Assembly: GCA_001828855.1 (NCBI GenBank)
Contig: MHZT01000043.1
Coordinates: 753 to 64,752, forward strand
Origin: Rhodobacterales bacterium RIFCSPHIGHO2_02_FULL_62_130
GTDB taxonomy: Bacteria; Pseudomonadota; Alphaproteobacteria; Rhodobacterales; Rhodobacteraceae
Length of the DNA: 64,000 nucleotides
Reading direction: 5' to 3'
Positions 19,062 to 29,141 of this stretch are shown piece after piece. The notes beneath the pieces are model-generated. The model was not told where the DNA came from, ran no database searches, and saw only the letters and a list, made by a program, of their open reading frames with translations. How positions within the stretch are numbered: position 1 is the first letter of the stretch; each line of letters begins with the position of its first letter. The position numbers and the translations under genes were made by a program.

Positions 19062-20501
19062 ATGCCCGACGCGCATCTGAACCTGATCGACGGCACGTGG
19101 ATGCCGGGCGACCACCTGACCGAAAACCGCAACCCGTCCGACCTGTCTGATCTGATCGGCCATTACGCCGCCGGAACCGCCGATGACGTCGACCGCGCGG
19201 CGCAGGCGGCCACGGCGGCCTTGCCCGCATGGCAGGCCAAGGGTCCGCTGGCGCGGGCCGAGCTGTTGGACCGCATCGCCCGCCGCATCGAGGCCGAGGC
19301 TGATGTGATCGGGCGGATGCTGGCGCGGGAAGAGGGCAAGATCCTGCCCGAAGCGGTGGCCGAGGTGCGCCGCGCCGCCCAGATCTTCCGCTTCTTCGGT
19401 GGCGAGGCGCTGCGCAACGCGGGGGATGCCATCGCCTCGGTCCGGCCGGATGTGGACATTGCCGTGACGCGCGAACCCGTTGGCGTGGTCGGGCTGATCA
19501 CGCCGTGGAACTTCCCCGCCGCCATCCCGGCGTGGAAGGTCGCGCCCGCACTGGCCTATGGCAATGCGGTGATCCTGAAGCCTGCCGATCTGGTGCCCGG
19601 CACCGCGCATCTGCTGGCGCGCATCATCCATGAGGAAGGCTGTCCCGCCGGCATCTTCAACCTTGTGATGGGACCGGGGTCCGTGGTCGGTCACGCGCTT
19701 GTCCATCACCCGCTGGTCACGGCGATCTCTTTCACCGGATCGGTCGCCACGGGCCGCGCCATCGCCCGCAGCGCCGCCGAAGGGATGAAGAAGGTGCAGC
19801 TTGAAATGGGCGGCAAGAACCCCATGGTCGTGCTGGACGATGCCGACATGGACATCGCGGTTCCGGCCTGTCTGAACGGAGCCTTCTTTTCGACCGGGCA
19901 ACGCTGCACCGCCTCGTCCCGGCTGATCGTGCAGTCGGGCATCCACGACGCCTTCGTCGCCCGCCTGACCTAGGCGATGCAGAAGCTGCGCGTCGGCCCT
20001 GCCCTGGCCGCTGACAGCCAGATCGGCCCCGTCGCATCGGCCGCGCAGTTGCGGGGCAATCTTGACTATGTTGCCCTTGCCCGCGCGGAAGGGTGCGAGG
20101 TGATCGGCGGCGACACCATCAACGGTCCGACCGACGGTTTCTTCCAGCGCCCCGCGCTGTTCCTGAACGCGCGGAACGACATGCGCGTGTCGCGCGAGGA
20201 AATCTTCGGCCCCTGCGCCGCCGTCATCCGCGTGAGCAGCTTCGACGAAGCCCTTGCCGCGGCGAATGACACCGAATTCGGCCTGTCTGCCGGTATCTGC
20301 ACCGCCTCGCTGAAGCACGCCCGCGCCTTCCGGCAGGGGGCGAAGGCGGGGATGGTCATGGTCAACCTGCCCACGGCAGGGGTCGATTTCCACGTGCCTT
20401 TCGGCGGCACGAAGGGCAGCTCGCACGGCCCGCGCGAACAGGGTCGCCACGCGGCCGAGTTCTTCACCACCATCAAGACCAGCTACAGCTTCGCGGGTTA
20501 G
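19062..20501 (+). pseudogene. NAD(P)-dependent aldehyde dehydrogenase interrupted by one in-frame TAG (19971-19973)
   Basis: Track ORFs 19062-19973 and 19977-20501 are in the same frame (both coordinates are divisible by 3). Together they give a 479-codon ALDH with QLEMGGKNP, FFSTGQRCTASSRLIV and EEIFGPCAAV. The stop sits in ...FVARLT*AMQKLRVGPAL. Confidence 0.8.
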
Positions 20502-20504
20502 GCC

Positions 20505-21614
20505 ATGCAGAAATCCCTGATCCTGACCATCAACCCCGGCACGACCACCACCCGCATCGGCCTTTTCCTGCCTGAAGGCGCCGAGGTTCAGCCCGTGCTG
20601 GACGAAACGATAGACCATGATGAAACGGTCATGGCGGGTTTCGACGGGATCGCCGCGCAACTGCCCTTCCGGGCGCATGCGGTGCAAGAGTTCATCGACG
20701 CCATTCCGGGCGGGGTTCGGCTGGCTGCCGTGGCGGGGCGGGGCGGGATGCTGTCGCCCGTGCCTGCGGGGGTGATCGCCGTCGATGACGGGCTGGTGGA
20801 CTTCGCGCTGCACCGCCCCGTGCATCATCATGCCTCGAACCTGGGCGCGCCGCTGGCGCAGCGGATCGCGGCGGCGGCGGGTTGTCCGGCCTTTGTCGTC
20901 GATCCCGTCTCGGTGGATGAACTGCCCCCCGTGGCGCGTGTGTCGGGCTGTCCCGACATCCCGCGCTTTTCCTTTGTCCATGCGCTGAACATCCGCGCCT
21001 GCGGGCGGCGGCTGGCGGCGCGTCTGGGCAAGCCCTTCGATGAAATGGATGCTATCGTCGCGCATATGGGCGCGGGCATTTCGGTCGCTGCGATCCGCAA
21101 GGGGCGGATCGTGGACAGCACCAACCGGATGGAGAACTCGCCCTTCTCGCCGGAACGGGCAGGCGGGCTGCCGCCCATGCCACTGATCGACCTGTGCTAT
21201 TCGGGCCGCTTCACCAAGGATGCGTTGAAGCGGCGGCTTTACGGGCAGGGTGGCGTTTACGCCTATCTCGGCACCAAGGACATGCGCCGGGTCGAGGCGA
21301 TGATCGACGCGGGCGATGCCAAGGCGAAACTGGTCTGGGAGGCGATGGTCTACCAGATCGGCAAGGCCATCGGCAGCATGGCCGCTGTTCTGGATTTCCG
21401 TCCCGACGGGATCATCCTGACCGGCGGCATGGCGCATTCGCAGCGCCTGACCGGGGCACTGACCGACCAGATCGGTGGCTTTGCTCCGGTCAGCCTCTAT
21501 CCCGGCAGCCAAGAAAGCGAAGCACTCGCCGCCGGTGCCGCCCGTGTACTGGCTGGCGCGGAAGAGGCCCGCGTCTGGCCCGTCACCCCCGAGGTGGAGG
21601 AGATGCCGTGGTGA
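20505..21614 (+). CDS. buk: Butyrate kinase
   Basis: Motifs LILTINPGTTTTRIGLF, HHASNLGAPLA, FVVDPVSVDE, IVAHMGAGISVAA, FSPERAGGLP and YPGSQESEAL match the butyrate kinase pattern. Confidence 0.85.
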   Translation: MQKSLILTINPGTTTTRIGLFLPEGAEVQPVLDETIDHDETVMAGFDGIAAQLPFRAHAVQEFIDAIPGGVRLAAVAGRGGMLSPVPAGVIAVDDGLVDFALHRPVHHHASNLGAPLAQRIAAAAGCPAFVVDPVSVDELPPVARVSGCPDIPRFSFVHALNIRACGRRLAARLGKPFDEMDAIVAHMGAGISVAAIRKGRIVDSTNRMENSPFSPERAGGLPPMPLIDLCYSGRFTKDALKRRLYGQGGVYAYLGTKDMRRVEAMIDAGDAKAKLVWEAMVYQIGKAIGSMAAVLDFRPDGIILTGGMAHSQRLTGALTDQIGGFAPVSLYPGSQESEALAAGAARVLAGAEEARVWPVTPEVEEMPW

Positions 21615-22525
21615 TCCGCAGCTTCGCCGAACTTGATGCCGTGATGGCGGAACGCCCGCCGCTGCACCCTGCCGTCGCCGGTGCCAACGATCCCGCCACC
21701 CTGACCGCGCTGGCCGACGCGCTTGCAGCAGGGCGCATCGCGGGCGCGGTTCTGGCAGGCGATGCCGAGACGATCACCCGCCTACTTCCTGAGCCGCTGG
21801 TCGGCAAGGTCGTCATCCGCTCCGCGCGTGACGCGACCGAGGCCGCCGCCCTTGCGGTCGCCGCGATCCGCGCGGGCGAGGCAGATGTGCTGGTCAAGGG
21901 CAGTGTGGACAGCGCCGCCTATCTGCGCGCCGTGGTGGCACGCGAAACAGGCCTTCGCGCTTCCGACGTACTGTCGAACGTCACGCTGGCCGAAATGCCT
22001 TCGGTCCCGCGCCTGATCGGGGCGACGGACAACGGAATTGTCGTGAAGCCGACGCTGGACCAGAAACACGCGATCCTGCGCAATGCGCTGCCACTTTTCG
22101 CGGGTCTGGGCGTCGCGCCCATGCGGGTGGCGGCCATTGCGGCATCCGAAAAGGTCCATCCGTCGCAACCTGCCACCACCGATGCGGCAGTCCTGCGCGA
22201 CGAATGGGGCACGGGCGACGGGTCTGTTCTGGTCGATGGGCCCTTCGGCTATGACGTGGCCCTGTCGCCCGCAGCGGCGGCGAAGAAGGGCTTTGCCGCG
22301 TCGCCTGTCGCTGGGCAGGCCGACCTGATCCTGTTCCCGTCCATCGAGGCGGGCAATGCCACGGTCAAAGCCTGGAAACTGCACGGTCAGGCTCGCACGG
22401 CCAGCATCGTCATGGGCGCGCGGATGCCTGTCCTGCTCAACTCCCGCGCCGACGGTCCGGAACAGCGGCGGCTGGGCCTTTTACTGGCCGCTGCCGTTCT
22501 GGCGGGGCAGGGGGGCAGGCCATGA
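21608..22525 (+). CDS. ptb: Phosphate butyryltransferase / phosphate acyltransferase
   Basis: A GTG start at 21608 or 21611 overlaps the buk stop. Supporting sequence: VVIRSFAELD...GEADVLVKGSV...ILFPSIEAGNATVKAW. The track's long 5' extension from 21194 overlaps buk and was discarded. Confidence 0.75.
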   Translation: MVIRSFAELDAVMAERPPLHPAVAGANDPATLTALADALAAGRIAGAVLAGDAETITRLLPEPLVGKVVIRSARDATEAAALAVAAIRAGEADVLVKGSVDSAAYLRAVVARETGLRASDVLSNVTLAEMPSVPRLIGATDNGIVVKPTLDQKHAILRNALPLFAGLGVAPMRVAAIAASEKVHPSQPATTDAAVLRDEWGTGDGSVLVDGPFGYDVALSPAAAAKKGFAASPVAGQADLILFPSIEAGNATVKAWKLHGQARTASIVMGARMPVLLNSRADGPEQRRLGLLLAAAVLAGQGGRP

Positions 22526-23397
22526 CCGTGCAAAGCGTGGGCGTCGTGGGCGCAGGGCAGATGGGTAACGGCATCGCCCATGTCTTCGCCCTGGCAGGCT
22601 ATGACGTGCTTCTGAACGACATCGCCCAGACCAGCCTGGACAAGGCGCTGGCCTCCATCGACCGCAACATCGAACGGCAAGTCTCGCGCGGCAAGGTCAC
22701 GGCGGACGAGAAGGCCGCCGCCCTCTCCCGTATCCGCACCACGCTGAAGCTCGCCGACCTCGGCGCAACCGACCTGATCATCGAGGCCGCGACCGAACGC
22801 GAAACGGTCAAGCAGGCGATCTTCGAAGACCTCCTGCCCCACCTCAAACCGCACACGATCCTGACGTCGAACACCTCTTCCATCTCCATCACCCGACTCG
22901 CCTCGCGCACGGACCGTCCGGAAAAATTCATGGGTTTCCACTTCATGAACCCCGTCCCGGTCATGCAACTGGTGGAACTGATCCGTGGCATCGCCACCGA
23001 TCAGGAAACGTGGGACACCCTGCACGACGTGGTGCGCAAACTGGGCAAGACCGCCGCCAGCGCCGAAGACTTCCCCGCCTTCATCGTCAACCGCATCCTG
23101 ATGCCCATGATCAACGAGGCGGTCTATACGCTCTATGAAGGCGTGGGTTCGGTGAAATCCATCGACGAGTCGCTGAAACTCGGCGCGAACCACCCGATGG
23201 GGCCGCTGGAACTTGCGGATTTCATCGGACTGGACACCTGCCTTGCCATCATGAACGTCCTGCATGACGGTCTGGCGGATACCAAATACCGCCCCTGCCC
23301 CCTCCTGACGAAATATGTAGAGGCAGGCTGGCTCGGCCGCAAGACGCAACGGGGGTTCTACGACTACCGCGGCGAAGTCCCCCTTCCTACCAGATGA
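22522..23397 (+). CDS. hbd: 3-hydroxybutyryl-CoA dehydrogenase
   Basis: It has a Rossmann motif [21 protein letters not shown]. The length is 291 aa. Its start overlaps the ptb stop (ATGA). Confidence 0.9.
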   Translation: MTVQSVGVVGAGQMGNGIAHVFALAGYDVLLNDIAQTSLDKALASIDRNIERQVSRGKVTADEKAAALSRIRTTLKLADLGATDLIIEAATERETVKQAIFEDLLPHLKPHTILTSNTSSISITRLASRTDRPEKFMGFHFMNPVPVMQLVELIRGIATDQETWDTLHDVVRKLGKTAASAEDFPAFIVNRILMPMINEAVYTLYEGVGSVKSIDESLKLGANHPMGPLELADFIGLDTCLAIMNVLHDGLADTKYRPCPLLTKYVEAGWLGRKTQRGFYDYRGEVPLPTR

Positions 23398-23410
23398 ACG
23401 GAGAAGCGCG

Positions 23411-24172
23411 ATGAAGGTCCTTGTGCCTGTCAAACGTGTGATCGACTACAACGTGAAGGTCCGCGTCAAGGCGGACGGATCGGGCGTCGATCTGGCCAAC
23501 GTGAAAATGTCGATGAACCCCTTTGACGAAATCGCCGTGGAAGAGGCGATCCGGCTCAAGGAAAAGGGCATCGCGACCGAGGTCGTCGTCGTCTCCATCG
23601 GCGTAAAGCAGGCGCAGGAAACCCTGCGCACCGCGCTCGCGATGGGCGCCGACCGCGCGATCCTGATCGAAGCCGCAGCCGACGTGCATACCGACATCGA
23701 ACCCCTCGCCGTGGCGAAACTGCTGGCAGGTGTCGTCAAGGAAGAAGGCCCCGGCCTCGTCCTCTGCGGCAAGCAGGCGATCGACAATGACATGAACGCC
23801 ACCGGCCAGATGCTTTCGGCGCTGCTCGGCTGGTCGCAGGCGACCTTCGCCTCGGAACTCAGCGTCGAAGGCGACACCGCAAAGGTCACGCGCGAAGTCG
23901 ACGGCGGCCTCCAGACCATCGCGGTCAAGATGCCCGCCATCGTCTCCGTGGACCTGCGCCTGAACGAACCGCGCTATGCGTCGCTTCCGAACATCATGAA
24001 GGCCAAGGCAAAACCGCTCGCGACCAAGACCCCCGCCGATTACGGCGTGGACGTCGCCCCGCGCCTCTCGGTCGTCAAGACCGTCGAACCGGCAGGCCGC
24101 AAGGCCGGCGTGAAGGTGGGTTCGGTCGACGAACTCATCGCGAAACTCAAAGACGAAGCGGGGGTGATCTGA
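23411..24172 (+). CDS. etfB: Electron transfer flavoprotein beta subunit
   Basis: The N-terminus [46 protein letters not shown] is a canonical EtfB N-terminus. Confidence 0.95.
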   Translation: MKVLVPVKRVIDYNVKVRVKADGSGVDLANVKMSMNPFDEIAVEEAIRLKEKGIATEVVVVSIGVKQAQETLRTALAMGADRAILIEAAADVHTDIEPLAVAKLLAGVVKEEGPGLVLCGKQAIDNDMNATGQMLSALLGWSQATFASELSVEGDTAKVTREVDGGLQTIAVKMPAIVSVDLRLNEPRYASLPNIMKAKAKPLATKTPADYGVDVAPRLSVVKTVEPAGRKAGVKVGSVDELIAKLKDEAGVI

Positions 24173-25095
24173 TGGCCGTTCTTCTTCTCGCCGATGTGAA
24201 TGATGGCGCTCTGGCAACCGACGCCGTCGCCAAGACGCTGGCCGCGGTGAAGGGTCTGGGCGAAGTCCACGTCCTCGTCGCTGGCACCTCTGCCGCCGCC
24301 GCGGCCGAGGCTGCGAAACTCGACGGCGCATCCAAGGTGCTGCACGCCGATGACGCCGCCTATGACCACGGCATGGCCGAACCCACCGCCGCGCTGATCG
24401 TGTCGCTGGCGGGTGGCTACAGCCACATCGCCGCCGCCGCGACCGCATTCTCCAAGAACGTGCTGCCCCGCGCTGCCGCGCTGCTGGATGTCATGGTGAT
24501 CTCGGACGTGACCGCTGTCGTGGATGCCGACACCTTCGAACGCCCCATCTACGCAGGCAACGCGATCCAGACGGTGAAATCCTCTGACGCCAAGAAGGTG
24601 CTGACCGTCCGCACCGCCTCCTTCAACGCCGTCGCGAACTCCGGTTCCGCCGCCGTCGAAAAGGTCGCGGCCGCCGCTGACGGATCGCTGTCGAAATGGG
24701 TCGAAGACAAGGTCGCCGCCTCCGACCGCCCCGAACTCACCTCCGCAGGCATCGTCGTCTCGGGCGGTCGCGGCGTGGGCTCGCAGGCGGACTTCGCCCT
24801 GATCGAAAAGCTCGCCGACAAGCTCGGCGCAGCCGTCGGTGCGTCCCGCGCTGCCGTCGACTCAGGCTATGCCCCGAACGACTGGCAGGTCGGCCAGACC
24901 GGCAAGGTCGTCGCCCCGCAGCTTTACGTCGCCGTGGGCATCTCGGGCGCGATCCAGCATCTTGCGGGGATGAAGGACTCAAAGGTCATCGTCGCCATCA
25001 ACAAGGACGAAGAAGCCCCGATCTTCCAGGTGGCCGATTACGGTCTTGTCGGCGATCTGTTCACGCTGGTGCCTGAGTTGATCGACCGTATCTGA
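24172..25095 (+). CDS. etfA: Electron transfer flavoprotein alpha subunit
   Basis: It has a C-terminal FAD-binding region ([45 protein letters not shown]). Its start overlaps the etfB stop by 1 nt. Confidence 0.95.
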   Translation: MAVLLLADVNDGALATDAVAKTLAAVKGLGEVHVLVAGTSAAAAAEAAKLDGASKVLHADDAAYDHGMAEPTAALIVSLAGGYSHIAAAATAFSKNVLPRAAALLDVMVISDVTAVVDADTFERPIYAGNAIQTVKSSDAKKVLTVRTASFNAVANSGSAAVEKVAAAADGSLSKWVEDKVAASDRPELTSAGIVVSGGRGVGSQADFALIEKLADKLGAAVGASRAAVDSGYAPNDWQVGQTGKVVAPQLYVAVGISGAIQHLAGMKDSKVIVAINKDEEAPIFQVADYGLVGDLFTLVPELIDRI

Positions 25096-25139
25096 ATTGG
25101 CGGCCCACCCCTCCTCCAAGACGGAAGAGGCTGCCAACA

Positions 25140-25164
25140 GGGTCCCCGCAATCTGCGGGGACCC
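25140..25164 (+). terminator. Perfect 11-bp hairpin after etfA
   Basis: The hairpin is GGGTCCCCGCA-atc-TGCGGGGACCC, 45 nt downstream of the etfA stop. Confidence 0.55.
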
Positions 25165-25191
25165 ACCCTTCAATCTTGTGGAGAAAACAGA

Positions 25192-26622
25192 ATGCTCGCC
25201 ATGAACGAACCCAGTTTCCGCGAATCTGTCGATCTGATGTTCAACCGGGCTGTGCGGCTGATGGACCTGTCGCCGGGGCTGGAACAGAAGATCCGTGTCT
25301 GCAACTCCACCTATACCGTCCGGTTCGGGGTGCGCCTGCGCGGCAAGATCGAGACCTTCACCGGCTACCGTTCGGTCCATTCCGAACACATGGAACCGGT
25401 GAAGGGCGGCATCCGCTACGCCCTTTCTGTAAATCAGGACGAGGTGGAGGCGCTGGCGGCGCTGATGACCTACAAATGCGCGCTGGTCGAAACCCCTTTC
25501 GGCGGATCGAAGGGGGGCCTCTGCATCGACCCGCGGGCATGGGACGAGCACGAACTGGAACAGATCACCCGCCGCTTCGCCTATGAGCTGATCAAGCGCG
25601 ACCTGATCCATCCGGCGCAGAACGTTCCCGCCCCCGACATGGGCACGGGTGAACGCGAGATGGCGTGGATCGCCGACCAGTATGCGCGGATGAACACGAC
25701 GGACATCAACGCCAAGGCCTGCGTCACTGGCAAGCCGACCCATGTGGGCGGCATCCAGGGCCGTTTGGAGGCAACGGGGCGCGGGGTGCAATACGCGCTG
25801 CGCGAATTCTTCCGACATCCAGAGGACGTCGCGAAGGCGCAGCTGTCAGGCGGTCCGGAGGACAAGCGCGTCGTCGTGCAGGGTCTGGGCAATGTGGGCT
25901 ATCACGCCGCCAAGTTCCTGTCTCAAGAGGATGGCTGCATCATCACCGCCATCATCGAACGCGACGGCGCGCTGGTCAGCGACGCGGGATTGGACGTCGA
26001 GGCGGTCAAGCAGCACCTTGCCGCGACGGGCGGCCTGAAGGGCTTTGCGGGGGCCGATTTCATCGCCGATGGCAAATCGGTGCTGGAAGGGGATTGCGAC
26101 ATCCTGATCCCTGCCGCGATGGAGGGCGTGATCCATCTGGGCAATGCCGACCGCATCCGCGCGCCCCTGATCGTCGAGGCCGCGAACGGCCCGATCACCT
26201 ATGGTGCGGACGAAATCCTTCGGAAGAAAGGATGCATCATCATTCCCGACATGTTTGCCAACGCGGGTGGCGTGACGGTCAGCTACTTCGAATGGGTCAA
26301 AAACCTGTCGCATATCCGTTTCGGCCGCATGCAGCGCCGGGCCGAGGAGGCCCGTTCGCGCCTGCTGGTGGATGAGCTGGAGCGACTGTCGGCCGATCAG
26401 GCGCTGGGCTGGACGCTGACCGCCGATTTCAAGGACCGCTTCCTGACCGGATCGGACGAACTGGCGCTGGTGCGGTCGGGCTTGGACGACACGATGCGGA
26501 CTGCCTATCAGTCGATCCGTGAGGTCTGGCACGCCCGCCCCGAAGTCCCCGACCTTCGCGTGGCTGCCTACATCACCGCCATCGACCGCGTCGCAAAGAC
26601 CTACCGCAGCAAGGGGCTGTGA
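25192..26622 (+). CDS. Glu/Leu/Phe/Val dehydrogenase family protein (glutamate dehydrogenase-like)
   Basis: The length is 476 aa. It has the catalytic-lysine region FGGSKGG and an NAD(P) Rossmann motif VVVQGLGNVGYHAAKFL. Confidence 0.85.
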   Translation: MLAMNEPSFRESVDLMFNRAVRLMDLSPGLEQKIRVCNSTYTVRFGVRLRGKIETFTGYRSVHSEHMEPVKGGIRYALSVNQDEVEALAALMTYKCALVETPFGGSKGGLCIDPRAWDEHELEQITRRFAYELIKRDLIHPAQNVPAPDMGTGEREMAWIADQYARMNTTDINAKACVTGKPTHVGGIQGRLEATGRGVQYALREFFRHPEDVAKAQLSGGPEDKRVVVQGLGNVGYHAAKFLSQEDGCIITAIIERDGALVSDAGLDVEAVKQHLAATGGLKGFAGADFIADGKSVLEGDCDILIPAAMEGVIHLGNADRIRAPLIVEAANGPITYGADEILRKKGCIIIPDMFANAGGVTVSYFEWVKNLSHIRFGRMQRRAEEARSRLLVDELERLSADQALGWTLTADFKDRFLTGSDELALVRSGLDDTMRTAYQSIREVWHARPEVPDLRVAAYITAIDRVAKTYRSKGL

Positions 26623-26895
26623 AGACACCGATCTGTGTCCCGCTTAGGGATCAAAAGCTTGCCTATCGACGTCGTGGCATTGAAGCGTCCGCTTTCCGCC
26701 CGTGTCGCCGTCTAGCACGCTTGCGGCCCGAAGCGGACGGTCAGACCTCTTCGCGTCATTCCGAAGAGCGGCCGTTCAATCTTCGTTCGGTGCCATCATC
26801 GATCCCGACACACTGCTTGTCGATGTCTGGGGACTGGCCCTGAAGACCGAAGGGGCGGGCGCGGCCGATCCGGAGATTGCGGACGCGAAATCCGG

Positions 26896-27360
26896 TCACT
26901 TCGGTGCCTCGAGCAGCAGCGCCATGATCTGCGCCCCGAGCGCCAGATCCGACACCTGCCCGAAGTGGCGCGCCCGCATTCGCCCCTGCCGGTCTATCAG
27001 CACCAGCGTCGGCGTGCCCTGCAGGCCCCAGGCTTCCATGGTGCTCGGCAGCGGACCGTCGCCGGGGGCGTCCACAGCGACCGGAAAGCGGATACGGTAT
27101 TCGTGCAGAAAGGCCCGCAGGGCGACCGGCGTCATGGCGGCGTGATGCTCGAAGACCGAATGCAGGCCGATCACTGCCACTTGCGCGGGGTCGAAGGTGG
27201 CGGCGATCCGTTGCGCCTGCGGCAGGCCGTGGCTGACGCAACCGGGGCAGAGCATCTGGAATACCTCGACCGCCAGCACCCGGTCCTTGAAATCGGCCAG
27301 CGACAGCGGCGTGTCGGCGTTCAGCCACTCGGCGGCGTGAAAAGGGACGGGTTCGGCCAT
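26896..27360 (-). CDS. TlpA/redoxin-like thiol-disulfide oxidoreductase
   Basis: The length is 154 aa. It has a CPGC active-site motif (VFQMLCPGCVSHG) in a thioredoxin-fold pattern. Confidence 0.7.
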   Translation of the reverse strand: MAEPVPFHAAEWLNADTPLSLADFKDRVLAVEVFQMLCPGCVSHGLPQAQRIAATFDPAQVAVIGLHSVFEHHAAMTPVALRAFLHEYRIRFPVAVDAPGDGPLPSTMEAWGLQGTPTLVLIDRQGRMRARHFGQVSDLALGAQIMALLLEAPK

Positions 27361-27409
27361 GTTTCCCTCCGGGGCTCGGGCGGCGACGCATGGCCGCCGC
27401 CCGAGGTTG

Positions 27410-28159
27410 TCAGTGGTTCACCCGGCCCGGCAGGCTCAGGTCCCCCGAAGCCACGTCGAACACATCGGTCACGCACAGAAGCGGCGCATGGATGTTGGCG
27501 TTCACCCGCAGCGCCGCCGTCACCCCGTCGTAGCGCGCCGCCTCGACCGCGCCGATGTCGGCGAACGGGACACGGACCGACAGGGTCTCGCCTGCAAAGA
27601 TCGGCGACCAGCCGGGGCTGTCGATCAGCAGCGGCAGGCCGGGCCAGGTCAGCGGCAGGGCTGGGGTGGTGCCGTCTGGGATGTCCATCACCTTCAGCGC
27701 GCCCGGCCCGCAGGCCTCGTCCGGGCCCAGCACCACCCAGTGGCTGTGCCAGATGCCGCCGTCGTCGTCGGTCCGCCCGGTGTTGCCCTCGTCGAACAGG
27801 GGCGTGTCGTCGAAATCCGGATGGATGGTGACGGCAAAGGCCAGTATCCCCGCGCCGGTCTCGAAGCCCACCACCGAAGGGTCAAGGCTGGTCGGCCAGA
27901 CGTAGGAGAAGACCGGCGCGCCGGCCAGCCCGCCGGCCGGGTCCGGCCCCGTTGCGCCCGGCGTGCCGGCGACCGACATTGTAAAGGTGGCGATCCGGCC
28001 CTCGGTGGTGATCGCGGCCGAAACGATGTCGAAATCAGCGTGCTCGGCAGTGCCGGTGGGCGCGACGATGCCGTGGGCATGATCGCCCTCGCCATGCGCC
28101 CAGGCCGTGGTCGTTGCAACCAGCAGCGCCGCGCTTGTCAGGATGGTCAGGTTCCGCAT
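27410..28159 (-). CDS. Secreted hypothetical protein with a His-rich mature N-terminus
   Basis: ATG 28159 gives MRNLTILTSAALLVATTTAWA|HGEGDHAHG..., a signal peptide followed by a His cluster. I recognise no family. Its start overlaps the upstream stop by 1 nt. Confidence 0.6.
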   Translation of the reverse strand: MRNLTILTSAALLVATTTAWAHGEGDHAHGIVAPTGTAEHADFDIVSAAITTEGRIATFTMSVAGTPGATGPDPAGGLAGAPVFSYVWPTSLDPSVVGFETGAGILAFAVTIHPDFDDTPLFDEGNTGRTDDDGGIWHSHWVVLGPDEACGPGALKVMDIPDGTTPALPLTWPGLPLLIDSPGWSPIFAGETLSVRVPFADIGAVEAARYDGVTAALRVNANIHAPLLCVTDVFDVASGDLSLPGRVNH

Positions 28160-28404
28160 CACACTGCCCCCCGCACATCGGCCAGCGATGCGCCGAAGTT
28201 GATGTGATAGGGCGCGCCGTCGATCACGAGGGCCGGGACCGAGGTGACCCCGGCGGCTTCGGCCTCTGCAATCCGGACCTTGTCGGCGCCGAGATGAACG
28301 ATCTCGACGGCATAGCGCCGCGGATCCAGCGCCTGCGCAACCTGCTGCTCGGCGGCAATGCAGACGGGGCAACCGGCATGGTAGAACGTGGCTTTCTGTG
28401 GCAT
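28159..28404 (-). CDS. Small thioredoxin/glutaredoxin-like protein (CPVC)
   Basis: The length is 81 aa. ATFYHAGCPVCIAAEQ lies at the N-terminus, and a VPALVIDG-type cis-Pro region is present. This is the small thioredoxin-fold architecture. Confidence 0.7.
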   Translation of the reverse strand: MPQKATFYHAGCPVCIAAEQQVAQALDPRRYAVEIVHLGADKVRIAEAEAAGVTSVPALVIDGAPYHINFGASLADVRGAV

Positions 28405-28493
28405 GGTGAAACGTCTCCTGTCTTTTCGCGAGGTGGGTCGGACATCAAGGACGCCTCGCCCGTTGCCGCGGGTGGGGCGTCCGGCATCACGGC

Positions 28494-29117
28494 TCAGGCC
28501 GCTTCGAACCGCCGCCAGATGGCGGCGGCGCTTTCGGCCGGGGCCGCTTCGTGTTCGCCGCAGTCAAGGCGCAGTTGCGCGTCCCCGAAGGCGGTGTCCA
28601 CAAAGGCGCAGTGATGCGGGCGGGCCGCATCGGCATGGGCATAGGGGCGGAAATGGGCGCAGGTCGCGCACATCCGTTGCACCGGGATCGCGCGAGCCTC
28701 CTGCAGGACGCGGATCAGGCGGGTGAGCACGCGCAGAAGCGACCCGGCCTCGGCCGCGGGCAGGTCCGACACGGCGGCTGTCAGGGCGTCAGACGCAGCC
28801 GCCAGCCGTTCGGCGATGGTCTGCCCTGCGGCGCTCAAGCCAACCCGCCGGGCCCGGCCGTCCTCGGGGTCGGGCTGCCGGATGACAAGGCCCTTGGCCG
28901 CAAGACTTGCCACCGAGTCGCTCAGGCTTGCCGCCGAAACCCCGAGGGCCGCGGCCAGATCGACCTGCCGAACGGGTCCGCGCCGGGAAAGATGGCCGAG
29001 GATTTCGGCCTGGGCGGGGTTCAGCCCTTCGGCCACCGCCGCCTGCCAGACCCCGGCCCGCCACAGCACGGCCAATCGGCCAAGGGCGAAGGCGATCTGA
29101 TCGGAAGGATCGGGCAT
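28494..29117 (-). CDS. MarR-family winged-helix regulator with a Cys/His-rich C-terminal extension
   Basis: The wHTH is AEILGHLSRRGPVRQVDLAAALGVSAASLSDSVASLAAKGLV. The C-terminal part reads CATCAHF...HHCAF...C, which could be a metal or redox sensor. Confidence 0.7.
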   Translation of the reverse strand: MPDPSDQIAFALGRLAVLWRAGVWQAAVAEGLNPAQAEILGHLSRRGPVRQVDLAAALGVSAASLSDSVASLAAKGLVIRQPDPEDGRARRVGLSAAGQTIAERLAAASDALTAAVSDLPAAEAGSLLRVLTRLIRVLQEARAIPVQRMCATCAHFRPYAHADAARPHHCAFVDTAFGDAQLRLDCGEHEAAPAESAAAIWRRFEAA

Positions 29118-29141
29118 GACGGTCCCCTGAGGGTGATTCGA

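Noticed and set aside
19971-19973. I considered the in-frame TAG as programmed recoding (pyrrolysine or designed readthrough).
   Set aside because: No pyl genes or recoding signals are visible, and the context looks like an ordinary ALDH helix. A nonsense mutation or a sequencing error is the simpler explanation.
18864-21512. An 882-aa ORF on the minus strand spans gabT, the aldehyde dehydrogenase and buk.
   Set aside because: It is antisense to three plus-strand genes that have clear family motifs. Its sequence is Arg/Gly/Ala/Pro-rich and low in complexity, which is typical of shadow ORFs in high-GC DNA.
21194-21607. The track shows a long N-terminal extension of the ptb ORF. Analogous 5' extensions occur at 31787-32167, 37134-37388, 28160-28372, 48708-49160, 29357-29476, 40264-40497, 43392-43541 and 46531-46806.
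   Set aside because: The extensions overlap upstream genes or intergenic DNA and are Arg/Pro-rich. Internal starts with RBS-like sequences or stop/start overlaps give protein lengths normal for each family.
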